DNA of 64,000 nucleotides, taken from an uncultured Planctomycetales bacterium (GTDB lineage: Bacteria; Planctomycetota; Phycisphaerae; UBA1845; PWPN01). The position numbers were made by a program, and so were the translations under genes. Of the stretch, positions 46,802 through 56,282 are shown piece after piece (the first letter of the stretch is position 1; each line of letters starts with the position of its first letter). The stretch lies in NCBI GenBank assembly GCA_964401335.1, contig CAYNYK010000006.1:11734-75733 (forward strand). Reading direction: 5' to 3'. The notes under the pieces were generated by a model that saw only the letters and a program-made list of their open reading frames with translations, was not told the origin of the DNA and made no database searches.

Positions 46802-49800
46802 ATGTCGAAAGAATGGAAGCGTCTTTGTTCCTTCATCATCCTGATCGTTACGGTAACGTTCCTGATTGCTCCGCAACCCGCTCAAGCCCTGACGGGGAAT
46901 CACGAGGTTATCGTGGCCTACTATCCGATCTTTCCCCGGTGGTACACCTCGGCCGGTTGTCTCTGGATCGGCGATCCCACCCTGCAATATCCTTTGCTGA
47001 GTCTCTATAACAATCGAAGCGACATCGAGGTCATGCACTTCGATTTCAGATGCATGAAGAACATGGGGGCCACCGTGGTCAATCCCCATTTCTTCGGCAC
47101 CACCGTGGAAACCACCCGATGCGATCTCATCGATTACGCCTCGGGAAACGTGGGCATCAAATGGACGCCGACCTTCGAATCCCTGGGGGACGACCCGATC
47201 GGCATGGCTCATATTACCAATAATTTTCTGCGTCTCTATGGTGACAGCCCCAACCTGATGAGGGTCGACGGTCGTCCGGTCATGTTCTGGCATCTGGCCA
47301 GCGACGACAACACGATCGCCGAGGCCGTGGAACTCGTGCGGGCCTATTCCGGCGAGGTGACGATTATTCTCGACACATTCTTCATCGTCCCCAGTTGGAT
47401 TGATATCGGCCAAGTCCTCAAGGATCCCGATAACGTCACGGGCTATCCGCGGATCAACGGATTGTATCAATGGGTTTCCGTGTTCTGGTGTTACAATCCA
47501 TCGAACAGCCGAAAAAACGACATCGACTTTTATGTCAATCACTGTATCGCCAACCAGATGATTCCGGTTTTATGCACCTCCCCCAGCTATAACGAGGAGA
47601 ACTGGGGTTACGGTAATAGTCTCGCATGCGGCATCGGCGCCGACCGCAGCGGCCAGCCGCGTTACAACACCACGCGTAACGTGAACGAATGGGAAAGCAA
47701 CCTCAACGATCTACTCTACAACAATCATCCAGACGCCTGGATTTATATACAGGCCTGGGACGAATGGGCCGAAGGCTCGTCCCTGGCCCCGACCACCTAC
47801 AACTGTTACGACTTTTTGGACACGTTCAAGGAGGTGCTCTATAAGCATGGTTGGCTGACGGACGGCACCGAATTCTGCCGGCCGAGCTACCCTTCCGGGT
47901 ACAACCCCAGTGAATGTGGCGCGACTCCGGTATGCAACCCGCCCGGCCTCGCGCCGGTCATCTGCGAGGTCAGCCCCGACCCAGAACAGGTTACGGTCGA
48001 AACCGAATACGCCCGACAGTTGTATCTGTGCAATAGCGCGTATCCTATCCCGACCTGGTCGGTGGTCAGTGGACCGACCGGCTTGCAGGTCAACAGTCGT
48101 GGTTATGTCTCCGGTTGGACGCCGAGCAACGGCCAAGTGAATATGGTCCAAACCATTACCATCCGCGCCGAGAATTCCATGGGTTACGACGACGAGACCT
48201 GGCAAGTCGTGATCAACCCGGTGCCGGATCAGACCGTGGTCGACTTTCCCTTCGACAGCGACGATGAGGGCTGGACCCAGGAGGTCTGGAAGGCCGCCAC
48301 CCTCGGCTCCGGGACCATTGCCTGGGACTCCGCCTCCGGCCATCCCGGCGGAAATATGAAGTCCACCGGCAACGGCGTCACCAATAGTGATGACAGTTGT
48401 ACCCGCGAGGGCAGCATAATGACGCGGGCTATCTCCACCGTCCGATACACCAACATCCATATCGAATACGACGTAATCGCCTCCCTGGCCACTTCTCCCG
48501 CGACCGGTTGCGGAGGCAATTGCGGCGGCAATGTACTGGAAGGCAGTTGCGAGGACAAACTGGTTGTGTACTACAGCACTAACGGGACCGGTGGCCGGTG
48601 GACCAAGGCCCAGGAGCTGAACGAAGGCGATGACCTGCCCACGTCCTGGACCCGCAAAATCATCAGTCTGTCCAGCGTAACCTCCGCGGAGAACAATCCT
48701 GACTTCGCCCTACGTTTCGTGTGGCAATTCAATACCGGCGCGGAGACAGGGCGAATCGACAATGTTCGGGTGTCCGGGGTCATTCCCAGCGAGCAGGTGG
48801 CGACGCCGACGATTACGCCGAACGGGGCGAATTTCGCCGGCTCGGTGGTGGTCAGCCTCGGTTGTGCTACACCGGGAGCAATCATCCGCTACACGACCAA
48901 CGGCAGTGAGCCCACGGTCAGCTCCACCCTCTACATCACCCCGTTCACCTTGACCAGCACAACCACAATCAAGGCCCGAGCCTTCAAGAGCGGTTATTTC
49001 GGCAGCGATGTGGCCAGCGCCACGTTTACCAAGCAAGGGCAGGTAGCCACCCCGACGATCACGCCGAACGGAGCGAAATTCACCGGCTCGGTGGAAGTCA
49101 GCCTCGCTTGCGCTACGACAGGCGCGACCATCCGCTACACGACCGATGGCAGTGAACCGGCCGCCAATTCCACCCTCTACAGCGCTCCGCTCACCTTGAC
49201 GAGCACGACCACACTCAAGGCCCGGGCCTTTAGAAGCTTTTATACCGATAGTAACGTAGCCAGCGCCACGTTTACCAAGCAAGACCAGGTGGCCACCCCG
49301 ACGATCACGCCGAACGGAGCGAATTTCACCGGCTCGGTGGAAGTCAGCCTCGCTTGCGCTACGACAGGCGCGACCATCCGCTACACGACCGATGGCAGTG
49401 AACCGGCCGCCAATTCCACCCTCTACAGCGCTCCGCTCACCTTGACGAGCACGACCACACTCAAGGCCCGGGCCTTCAAGAGCGGTTATGTCGATAGTGC
49501 CGTGGCCGGTGCCACCTTTAACAGGTTGGACCAGGTGGCTACCCCGTCGATCTCGCCGGGTGGTATGGATTTCTTCGGTTCGGTGGAGGTCAGCCTCAGT
49601 TGCGATACCGCCGGCGCGACAATCCGCTATACGATCAACGGCACCACGCCATCGCAAACCAACGGAACGATAATCAGCAATGACTTGTCCATCATGCTGA
49701 CGAGTACGACCACGCTCCAGGCCATCGCTTACAAGAGCGGTATGGCCGACAGCAACGTGGCCAGCGCCACGTTTACCAGGCTGGATCAGGTGGCGACCCC

Positions 49801-50401
49801 CACGATTTCTCCGGATGGGGGCAATTTCACCGATTCCGTGGAGATTGTGCTCAGTTGTGATACGCCGGGGGCGACGATCCGCTACACCACCGATGGCACC
49901 AACCCGACTAAAGGTTCCCGACGCTATCGTACGCCCTTCACCCTGAACGCCTCAACAATCGTCAAGGCCCAGGCCTTCAAGAGCGATATGGTCAACAGCT
50001 CAGTGGTCAAAGCGACGTTCACGAAACTTGGAAAACGCGACAAGGTGGCGACCCCGACGATCGCACCGAACGGGGGCACTTTCACCGATTCGGTGGAGGT
50101 CAGCCTCGATTGCGGCACGGCGGGGGCGGAAATCCGCTACACCACGGACGGCAGCGATCCAACCAACATCTCCACCTTGTATGATACCCCGTTCATCCTG
50201 AGTGGTTCGGCAACCGTCAAGGCCCGAGCCTTCAAGGAGGGATCCGAGGCCAGCGAGATTGCCTCGGCCGTCTTTACGCTTTCCGACGATGGCGGCTCAA
50301 CGGGGCGATGGCCTTGCGGAGTGAGCATGGGCGAAGCGATGATGGTTTCGCTGTTCGGCTTGACCTTCATGCGGGTCCGCCGACGACGTTGGGCGAAATA
50401 G
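46802..50401 (+). CDS. Large secreted multidomain protein: GH99/WbsX-like domain, putative Ig domain, CBM-like domain, 6 chitobiase/hexosaminidase-C-like repeats, C-terminal TM plus RRRR anchor
   Basis: Signal peptide ...LIAPQPAQA. IQAWDEWAEGSSLAP resembles the (N/D)EWxEG motif of GH99/WbsX-like domains. Six ~82-aa repeats (VATPTITPNG...IRYTTDGSEP...KARAFK). Tail SLFGLTFMRVRRRRWAK. Confidence 0.8.
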   Translation: MSKEWKRLCSFIILIVTVTFLIAPQPAQALTGNHEVIVAYYPIFPRWYTSAGCLWIGDPTLQYPLLSLYNNRSDIEVMHFDFRCMKNMGATVVNPHFFGTTVETTRCDLIDYASGNVGIKWTPTFESLGDDPIGMAHITNNFLRLYGDSPNLMRVDGRPVMFWHLASDDNTIAEAVELVRAYSGEVTIILDTFFIVPSWIDIGQVLKDPDNVTGYPRINGLYQWVSVFWCYNPSNSRKNDIDFYVNHCIANQMIPVLCTSPSYNEENWGYGNSLACGIGADRSGQPRYNTTRNVNEWESNLNDLLYNNHPDAWIYIQAWDEWAEGSSLAPTTYNCYDFLDTFKEVLYKHGWLTDGTEFCRPSYPSGYNPSECGATPVCNPPGLAPVICEVSPDPEQVTVETEYARQLYLCNSAYPIPTWSVVSGPTGLQVNSRGYVSGWTPSNGQVNMVQTITIRAENSMGYDDETWQVVINPVPDQTVVDFPFDSDDEGWTQEVWKAATLGSGTIAWDSASGHPGGNMKSTGNGVTNSDDSCTREGSIMTRAISTVRYTNIHIEYDVIASLATSPATGCGGNCGGNVLEGSCEDKLVVYYSTNGTGGRWTKAQELNEGDDLPTSWTRKIISLSSVTSAENNPDFALRFVWQFNTGAETGRIDNVRVSGVIPSEQVATPTITPNGANFAGSVVVSLGCATPGAIIRYTTNGSEPTVSSTLYITPFTLTSTTTIKARAFKSGYFGSDVASATFTKQGQVATPTITPNGAKFTGSVEVSLACATTGATIRYTTDGSEPAANSTLYSAPLTLTSTTTLKARAFRSFYTDSNVASATFTKQDQVATPTITPNGANFTGSVEVSLACATTGATIRYTTDGSEPAANSTLYSAPLTLTSTTTLKARAFKSGYVDSAVAGATFNRLDQVATPSISPGGMDFFGSVEVSLSCDTAGATIRYTINGTTPSQTNGTIISNDLSIMLTSTTTLQAIAYKSGMADSNVASATFTRLDQVATPTISPDGGNFTDSVEIVLSCDTPGATIRYTTDGTNPTKGSRRYRTPFTLNASTIVKAQAFKSDMVNSSVVKATFTKLGKRDKVATPTIAPNGGTFTDSVEVSLDCGTAGAEIRYTTDGSDPTNISTLYDTPFILSGSATVKARAFKEGSEASEIASAVFTLSDDGGSTGRWPCGVSMGEAMMVSLFGLTFMRVRRRRWAK
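48791..50283 (+). repeat. Six tandem ~246-bp intragenic repeats
   Basis: Repeats 2 and 3 (49047-49230 versus 49293-49476) differ at a single position over ~184 nt by eye. The other copies are more diverged. Confidence 0.85.
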
Positions 50402-50609
50402 CCTTGCCACGGACCCACGGTTACGTAACCCCTGCTATCAAAGGTAAAGCGTCGTCGTCGCCGCCGCATTCCATAAATCATTCGCCGGTCTATCCAGCCC
50501 CGCCAAAACGGTCATGGCTTCCAAGTGTTTGACCTGCGTGACGGCCTCTTGAATCAGCGAGTGGACGGCTATAGCATGAACATTCTTTATTGAAGTGAGG
50601 AAAAGAAGG

Positions 50610-51869
50610 ATGACGAGTTTCGCCAGTGTTGAAGAGCAACTAAAGGTTTTGACCCGAGGCTGCGAGCGGATTGAGACCTTGGACGATCTGCGTCGAAAAC
50701 TAACGCGGTCGCGAGAGCAGAATAAGCCGCTGCGGATCAAGCTCGGCTTGGATCCGACGGCCCCGGATATTCATCTCGGACATACCGTTGTTTTGCGCAA
50801 AATGCGTCAATTTCAGGATTTGGGGCATAAGGCGGTACTGATTATCGGGGATTACACCGCCCGGATCGGCGACCCGTCCGGACGCAGCAAAACTCGCCCG
50901 GTACTCGATTCGAAGGACATCAAGGCCAATGCCAAGACGTATTTCGAGCAGGCCGGCCGCGTGTTGGATACGTCCCGGGGGAAGCTGGAAATCCGTTACA
51001 ACAGCGAGTGGCTGGAGAAGATGGATTTCGCCGACGTGATCCGGTTGGCGGGTCAGATGACCGTCGGGCAGATGCTCAAGCGTGACGATTTCGCCAAGCG
51101 GTTCAAAGCCGAGATACCCATCGGGGTGCATGAGTTGCTTTACCCGTTGATGCAGGGCTGGGACAGTGTGTGCGTCGAATCCGATGTGGAGTTGGGCGGG
51201 ACGGACCAGACGTTCAACAACCTGGTCGGCCGCGATCTCCAGCGGGACGCGGGCCAGGAACCGCAGGTGGTCATGGTCATGCCCATCCTGGTAGGTCTGG
51301 ACGGCCAGGAGAAGATGAGCAAATCGCTGGGCAATTATGTCGGCGTCACCGAATCGGCGCATGACATGTTCGGCAAGCTGATGAGCATACCGGACGAGTG
51401 CATGGCCAATTATCTCACTTTGCTGACCTCGGTACCGGAAAGCGACATTCGCCTTTTGACCAACGCGGGCCAGACGCATCCGATGGAAGCCAAGAAGCGC
51501 ATGGCGATGGAGATCTTGGCCGGCTTTCATGCGGCGGTGGACGCCGAACGGGCCCGCGCCGAGTGGGAACAGATTCACCAGAAGAAAGCGGCCACCGGCG
51601 GACTGGTGGTGCCCGAAGACACCCCGACGCTGGCGGTGGGCAAGGACCTGATGGAAGACGGCCGGGTACCGGTGATCCGGCTGGCCGTGCATTGCGGTTT
51701 CGCCGCCAGTAACAGCGAGGTTCGCCGATTGATCAAGGAGAACGGTCTGCGCCTCAACGGCGAGCTGGTGACCGATGCGCTGGCCTCGTTGCCGATCAAA
51801 ACGGGCGATGTTTTGCAACGCGGCAAGCGGAAATTCGTCCGCTTGGAAGTGGCAGGCAGCGATGCTTGA
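50610..51869 (+). CDS. tyrS: Tyrosine--tRNA ligase
   Basis: HIGH-type PDIHLGH, KMSKS present, and a C-terminal S4-like domain (SNSEVRRLIKENGLRLNG). Confidence 0.9.
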   Translation: MTSFASVEEQLKVLTRGCERIETLDDLRRKLTRSREQNKPLRIKLGLDPTAPDIHLGHTVVLRKMRQFQDLGHKAVLIIGDYTARIGDPSGRSKTRPVLDSKDIKANAKTYFEQAGRVLDTSRGKLEIRYNSEWLEKMDFADVIRLAGQMTVGQMLKRDDFAKRFKAEIPIGVHELLYPLMQGWDSVCVESDVELGGTDQTFNNLVGRDLQRDAGQEPQVVMVMPILVGLDGQEKMSKSLGNYVGVTESAHDMFGKLMSIPDECMANYLTLLTSVPESDIRLLTNAGQTHPMEAKKRMAMEILAGFHAAVDAERARAEWEQIHQKKAATGGLVVPEDTPTLAVGKDLMEDGRVPVIRLAVHCGFAASNSEVRRLIKENGLRLNGELVTDALASLPIKTGDVLQRGKRKFVRLEVAGSDA

Positions 51870-51982
51870 ATGACCGATGAGCCGGCACCGGCACAATGGT
51901 CGTCATGAAATCATGAATATGGCAGAATGACGCGTGCCTGTGCGGGACATGCTTTCGTAACACCCCGCTCGCAAGAAGGAGT

Positions 51983-52402
51983 ATGACGATGGCCGCACGA
52001 AATATCTATATTACGGTGCAGGACATGAACCGGCTGAGCCGGATGCTGACCGAGGCGGTCGCCGCCACCGAGAATGACGAGCACCTTCTGCAACTTGAGC
52101 GGGAACTGGATCGAGCCCAACTGGTGCGCTCGAAGGAAGTACCGCCGGACGTGGTAACCATGAACTCGAGAATCCGGGTCCGGAACCTGGATTCGGGCGA
52201 AGAGATGGTCTTTACGTTGGTATTCCCGGATGCCACGGACGGCGGACCGGACCGGGTTTCCGTCCTTTCGCCGATCGGTACGGCGGTATTGGGTTTTCGC
52301 GTGGGTGATTCCATACGTTGGAAGGCCGAGGACAAGGTCATCAACTTGAAAGTGGAAGAGTTGCTCTATCAGCCGGAGGCGGCCGGTGACTATCATTTAT
52401 AA
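51983..52402 (+). CDS. rnk: GreA/GreB-family regulator of nucleoside diphosphate kinase (Rnk-like)
   Basis: aaggag SD. ~139 aa. C-terminal GreA-type domain VSVLSPIGTAVLGFRVGD. Confidence 0.75.
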   Translation: MTMAARNIYITVQDMNRLSRMLTEAVAATENDEHLLQLERELDRAQLVRSKEVPPDVVTMNSRIRVRNLDSGEEMVFTLVFPDATDGGPDRVSVLSPIGTAVLGFRVGDSIRWKAEDKVINLKVEELLYQPEAAGDYHL

Positions 52403-52445
52403 TGGGCGAACACCGGTGGCCGACTTGTATGGAACGGATCAGACC

Positions 52446-53039
52446 ATGAGACTACCTCAACTTGAATCACCGGAACGCTATGCCGGCCTGTATATCTTCG
52501 ACTTCGGCGGGCAGGTGGCGGTCGGCTACACGGCCGAGGAAATCGCCGTGTTACTGGAATCGGAGCGGTACGCGGACGGCAAGGTCTATCGAATCCACCG
52601 GGCCCTGCCGGACGGCACGATGGAATTGCAGGGCGTGGCGCGGGAAAAGTTTTTCATGGAGGACGGGCTGTTTTTTTATCGCGGCGACGGCGAGGCGGCC
52701 CGGAGCGATTTCGCGGAGCTCGAGCGGTTGGCGACGAACACGCCGCCGCCCTGCCGGATGAAAATGCACCTGGCCAGCATCGAAGGCGCGATTTCGCCGC
52801 ACCTGACCGTGATTATTTTTCCGGCGGAGTATACGCATGACGTGTCCGACTGGCTGAACGCCATCCACTTCGAGGGCGGAGACCGCGTGGAGGGCGGCAT
52901 CAGTCAGGTTACGGATTATTATACGGCCCATCCGGCCGTGAGCGAGCGCCGGCAGTTGTGGCCCGCCCGGGACAAGTCCCGTTCGGCCGAGCAGGTTTTA
53001 GCGGAAACGCAACAACCCATACAACGGAAACTGGCATGA
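52446..53039 (+). CDS. Hypothetical protein
   Basis: ORF with codon usage like its neighbours. No recognisable motif. The start is uncertain (GTG 52386 would overlap rnk). Confidence 0.5.
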   Translation: MRLPQLESPERYAGLYIFDFGGQVAVGYTAEEIAVLLESERYADGKVYRIHRALPDGTMELQGVAREKFFMEDGLFFYRGDGEAARSDFAELERLATNTPPPCRMKMHLASIEGAISPHLTVIIFPAEYTHDVSDWLNAIHFEGGDRVEGGISQVTDYYTAHPAVSERRQLWPARDKSRSAEQVLAETQQPIQRKLA

Positions 53040-53245
53040 GCGGCAATCGGCGAACATGGCTGACCCGACTGATTTTTTGGGCGATACGGTGGTCGCCGGA
53101 GCAGGCCGCGCAGGAAGATATCGACCGGCGGATGAAACGAATGGATTTTGAAACGGACACGCGGCGACTCGGCGTGCGGATGAACGAAGGTTTGCGTGAT
53201 CGGCTGCGGCGGAAGTGGTTGCGCTTGAGTAAGAAAACGTCCTGA
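53036..53245 (+). CDS. Small basic hypothetical protein (69 aa)
   Basis: ATGA overlap with the upstream ORF. N-terminal hydrophobic WLTRLIFWAIRW, then an Arg/Lys-rich helix-like sequence. Confidence 0.4.
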   Translation: MSGNRRTWLTRLIFWAIRWSPEQAAQEDIDRRMKRMDFETDTRRLGVRMNEGLRDRLRRKWLRLSKKTS

Positions 53246-53367
53246 AATCTTATAAATGCACCGGCGAGACAGAGTTTACCCGCCTTGGCGGGGTGCCACA
53301 CCAAGGGTGCCGAATGGGTAGGTCGCCGCGGCGCGGAAGTTCGAGAGCATCGGCAAGGAGTGAGATA

Positions 53368-54417
53368 ATGGCGAAAAAGTACGGGTTTGGCGTAATCGGC
53401 GCGGGGATGATCGGCGGCATGCATGCCGAGGCTATCAAAGGATTACCCAACGCGCAACTGGTGGCGGTTTGTGACAATGTCGCGGATGCGGCCGAGGCTT
53501 TCGGCAAGCGTTTTGGTTGCCGCGCGGAATGCGATTTGGAGAAATTCCTTTCGCGCAGCGATATCGATGTGGTGACCGTCGCCACGCCCAGCGGCCTACA
53601 CGCGGACAACGCTATCGCGGCAGCCAAGCATGGAAAACATTGTATTGTCGAAAAGCCGATCGACATCAACTTGGAAAAAATCGACCGGCTGATCGAGGCC
53701 CACGCCAAAGCCGGCACGACCGTGGGCGGCATTTTCAACATGCGTTACGATCAGACGGCTAAACTCGCGAAAAAGGCAGTGGAAGAGGGGCGGTTCGGGC
53801 GATTGACTTTCGGGTTGGCCTACGGACCCTGGTGGCGGAGCCAGGAATATTACGACAAGGGCGGCTGGCGGGGTACCTGGGCGCTGGACGGCGGCGGGGC
53901 CCTGATGAATCAGGGCATCCATACGATCGACATGCTGCAATGGCTGATGGGGCCGGTCAAGAGAATTCATGCCTTCGCGAAGACTCTGGTCCATCAGCGG
54001 ATCGAGGTGGAGGACACCGCGTCGGCGACGCTTGAATTCGCCAACGGCGCGCTGGGCGTGATCGCCTGCACGACGAGCATGTGGCCGGGGCATTTCCGCA
54101 CCATCGAGATCGCCGGAGACCGCGGCACGGTAGCGTTGGCGGACAATTCGTTTTTCTTCTGGCAATTTGCCGACGAAAAACCCGAGGACGAGGCCATCCG
54201 CCGCGAGCATGTGCATTTCCCGGCGGCGTCGGTGGGCGCGTCCGACCCCAAGGCCGGGCTGACCGCGGACAATCACCGGGCCAACTTCGCCGATTTCCTG
54301 GAGGCGGTTGAGCAAAAACGTGAGCCGACGATTTCCGGACGCGAGGCCCGCAAATCGGTGGAGATTATTCTGGGGATCTACCGATCGGCCCAGACCGGCA
54401 AAACGGTCGAGTTGTAA
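53368..54417 (+). CDS. Gfo/Idh/MocA family NAD(P)-dependent oxidoreductase
   Basis: YGFGVIGAGMIGGMHA Rossmann motif and HCIVEKP motif. Confidence 0.85.
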   Translation: MAKKYGFGVIGAGMIGGMHAEAIKGLPNAQLVAVCDNVADAAEAFGKRFGCRAECDLEKFLSRSDIDVVTVATPSGLHADNAIAAAKHGKHCIVEKPIDINLEKIDRLIEAHAKAGTTVGGIFNMRYDQTAKLAKKAVEEGRFGRLTFGLAYGPWWRSQEYYDKGGWRGTWALDGGGALMNQGIHTIDMLQWLMGPVKRIHAFAKTLVHQRIEVEDTASATLEFANGALGVIACTTSMWPGHFRTIEIAGDRGTVALADNSFFFWQFADEKPEDEAIRREHVHFPAASVGASDPKAGLTADNHRANFADFLEAVEQKREPTISGREARKSVEIILGIYRSAQTGKTVEL

Positions 54418-54515
54418 GCTCTATCAACGATCCGGGTATTACCGGCTCGGGTAAGGATAGGTAGGCTAGTCCACGGACACCGCGCTGGCACACGCGGCCG
54501 GTTCGATCATCAATC

Positions 54516-56282
54516 ATGCGTTATCTGGTCATCCTCATTCCGTTGATAGGGGCGTTTGCCGGGGTTTGGTATCTCTCGGCCGGGGCGGGTCCGGCGGTTG
54601 ATTTTACTTTCAGCAACGGGGCGGTCATCGGCACGCTTGACCCGGCGGCGATGAGTTGGCATCAGGACATCTACATGGCCCTCAATGTGTGGGAGGGCCT
54701 GTACGCCCTCGATCCGCGAACGATCCAGGCCGTCCCCGGTTCGGCCCTGCCCGCGGAAATCAGCGACGATCGATGCACGTATACCTTTACCCTGCGCCCG
54801 GAGGCGCGCTGGAGCAACGGCGATCGCCTTGTGGCCGAGGATTTCGTATACGCCTGGAGACGTGCGCTGGAGCCGGGCACGGCCGGTGATTATGCGGCTT
54901 TTTTCGAGGTCATCGAGGGAGTGAAGGAATACACCGAATGGCGGCTGGCGGAAATCAAGCGGATCGGCCGCATCGCGGATGCCCGGGAAAAACAAACTGC
55001 CCGCGATGCCCATCTGGCCGAGGCGGATCGGCGTTTCGCCCAGAACGTCGGGATGACCGCCCTGGATGATAAAACGCTGCGCGTTCGCCTGACCCGTCCG
55101 GTGGCGTATTTTCTCGATCTCTGCGCTTTTTCCACTTTTCTGCCGGTCCACCGGGGCGCGATCCAGCGTTACAAAATCGTCGGCGAGACGGGCCTGATTT
55201 ATTACGATGAGCAGTGGGTCAAGCCGGGCAACACCCATTACAACGGCCCGTTCAAGATGACCGAATGGAAATTCAAGCAGCACATCCTCTTGGAGAAGAA
55301 CCCCTATTATTGGAACCGTGAGGCCGTCCGGTTGAATCGGGTCATGGAGCGACAAGTCGAGGATGTCAACACAGCCTGGCTGCTCTATTCCGGCGGACAG
55401 TTGGACTGGCTCAGCACGGTGCGCACGGTTTACACACCCACCCTGATCGACGCCAGTTGCTCGCCGTTCGACGGTGCCCTGAACAAGCGGGGGACACGTC
55501 GAAACGACATTCATGCCCATGCCGCGTTCGGCACTTACTTCTATAATTTTAACTGCCGGCCTATGCTGCCCGACGGGCGATCTAATCCTTTCAGCGACGC
55601 GCGGGTGCGACAGGCCTTTACCCTGGCCGTCGATAAACGGGTTCTGGTGGATCAGGTTGTTCGGCTGGGCAATCCGGTTACTACCGTTTTCGTACCGCCG
55701 GATACCATTCCCGGATATCCTGCGGTCGAGGGCCTTCCCTACGATCCGCCGCGCGCACGGACCCTGCTGGCCGAGGCCGGTTTTCCGGACGGAAAGGGCT
55801 TTCCCGAAACGGTCATCCTGTACAATACCGGGTCCGATCATGGACTGATCGCCGAGGCCATAATCAAAATGTGGTCGCGGAACCTCGGAGTGGCCGGGCG
55901 CATCGAAGGCAAGGAAAGCAAAACCTTCCTCGACGACAAGAAGAACGCGCGTTATATGATCGCCCGGGCGGGCTGGTTTGGCGATTACAACGATCCGACC
56001 ACGTTTCTGGAAATGTTCAAGACCGGCAATGGGAATAACGACTCGAAGTTCAGCGATCCGGCGTATGACCGGATGCTGGAGGAGGCGGACCGGCGGCTTG
56101 ATCCACAGGAACGCTTAGCCGCCCTGGCCGACGTCGAGCGTTATCTGGTTCAGGAAGGTCTGCCCTTGTTGCCTCTGTATTCCTACGTTTACGTCGAAGC
56201 CTTTGATCCGAATCGGATCAAAAACCTTTTCGTTACACCGCGGCAGATGTCGATGTTGTGGCCGATCGAGGTGCATCCATGA
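54516..56282 (+). CDS. ABC transporter substrate-binding protein, family 5 (peptide/nickel/oligosaccharide type)
   Basis: N-terminal hydrophobic anchor, WSNGDRLVAEDFVYAWRR, ~588 aa. Confidence 0.8.
   Translation: MRYLVILIPLIGAFAGVWYLSAGAGPAVDFTFSNGAVIGTLDPAAMSWHQDIYMALNVWEGLYALDPRTIQAVPGSALPAEISDDRCTYTFTLRPEARWSNGDRLVAEDFVYAWRRALEPGTAGDYAAFFEVIEGVKEYTEWRLAEIKRIGRIADAREKQTARDAHLAEADRRFAQNVGMTALDDKTLRVRLTRPVAYFLDLCAFSTFLPVHRGAIQRYKIVGETGLIYYDEQWVKPGNTHYNGPFKMTEWKFKQHILLEKNPYYWNREAVRLNRVMERQVEDVNTAWLLYSGGQLDWLSTVRTVYTPTLIDASCSPFDGALNKRGTRRNDIHAHAAFGTYFYNFNCRPMLPDGRSNPFSDARVRQAFTLAVDKRVLVDQVVRLGNPVTTVFVPPDTIPGYPAVEGLPYDPPRARTLLAEAGFPDGKGFPETVILYNTGSDHGLIAEAIIKMWSRNLGVAGRIEGKESKTFLDDKKNARYMIARAGWFGDYNDPTTFLEMFKTGNGNNDSKFSDPAYDRMLEEADRRLDPQERLAALADVERYLVQEGLPLLPLYSYVYVEAFDPNRIKNLFVTPRQMSMLWPIEVHP

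Noticed and set aside
50419-50430. Perfect 12-bp palindrome GGTTACGTAACC downstream of the large secreted-protein gene and upstream of tyrS.
   Set aside because: It is a single short palindrome with no second copy in the window and no loop. This is insufficient to call a binding site or terminator.
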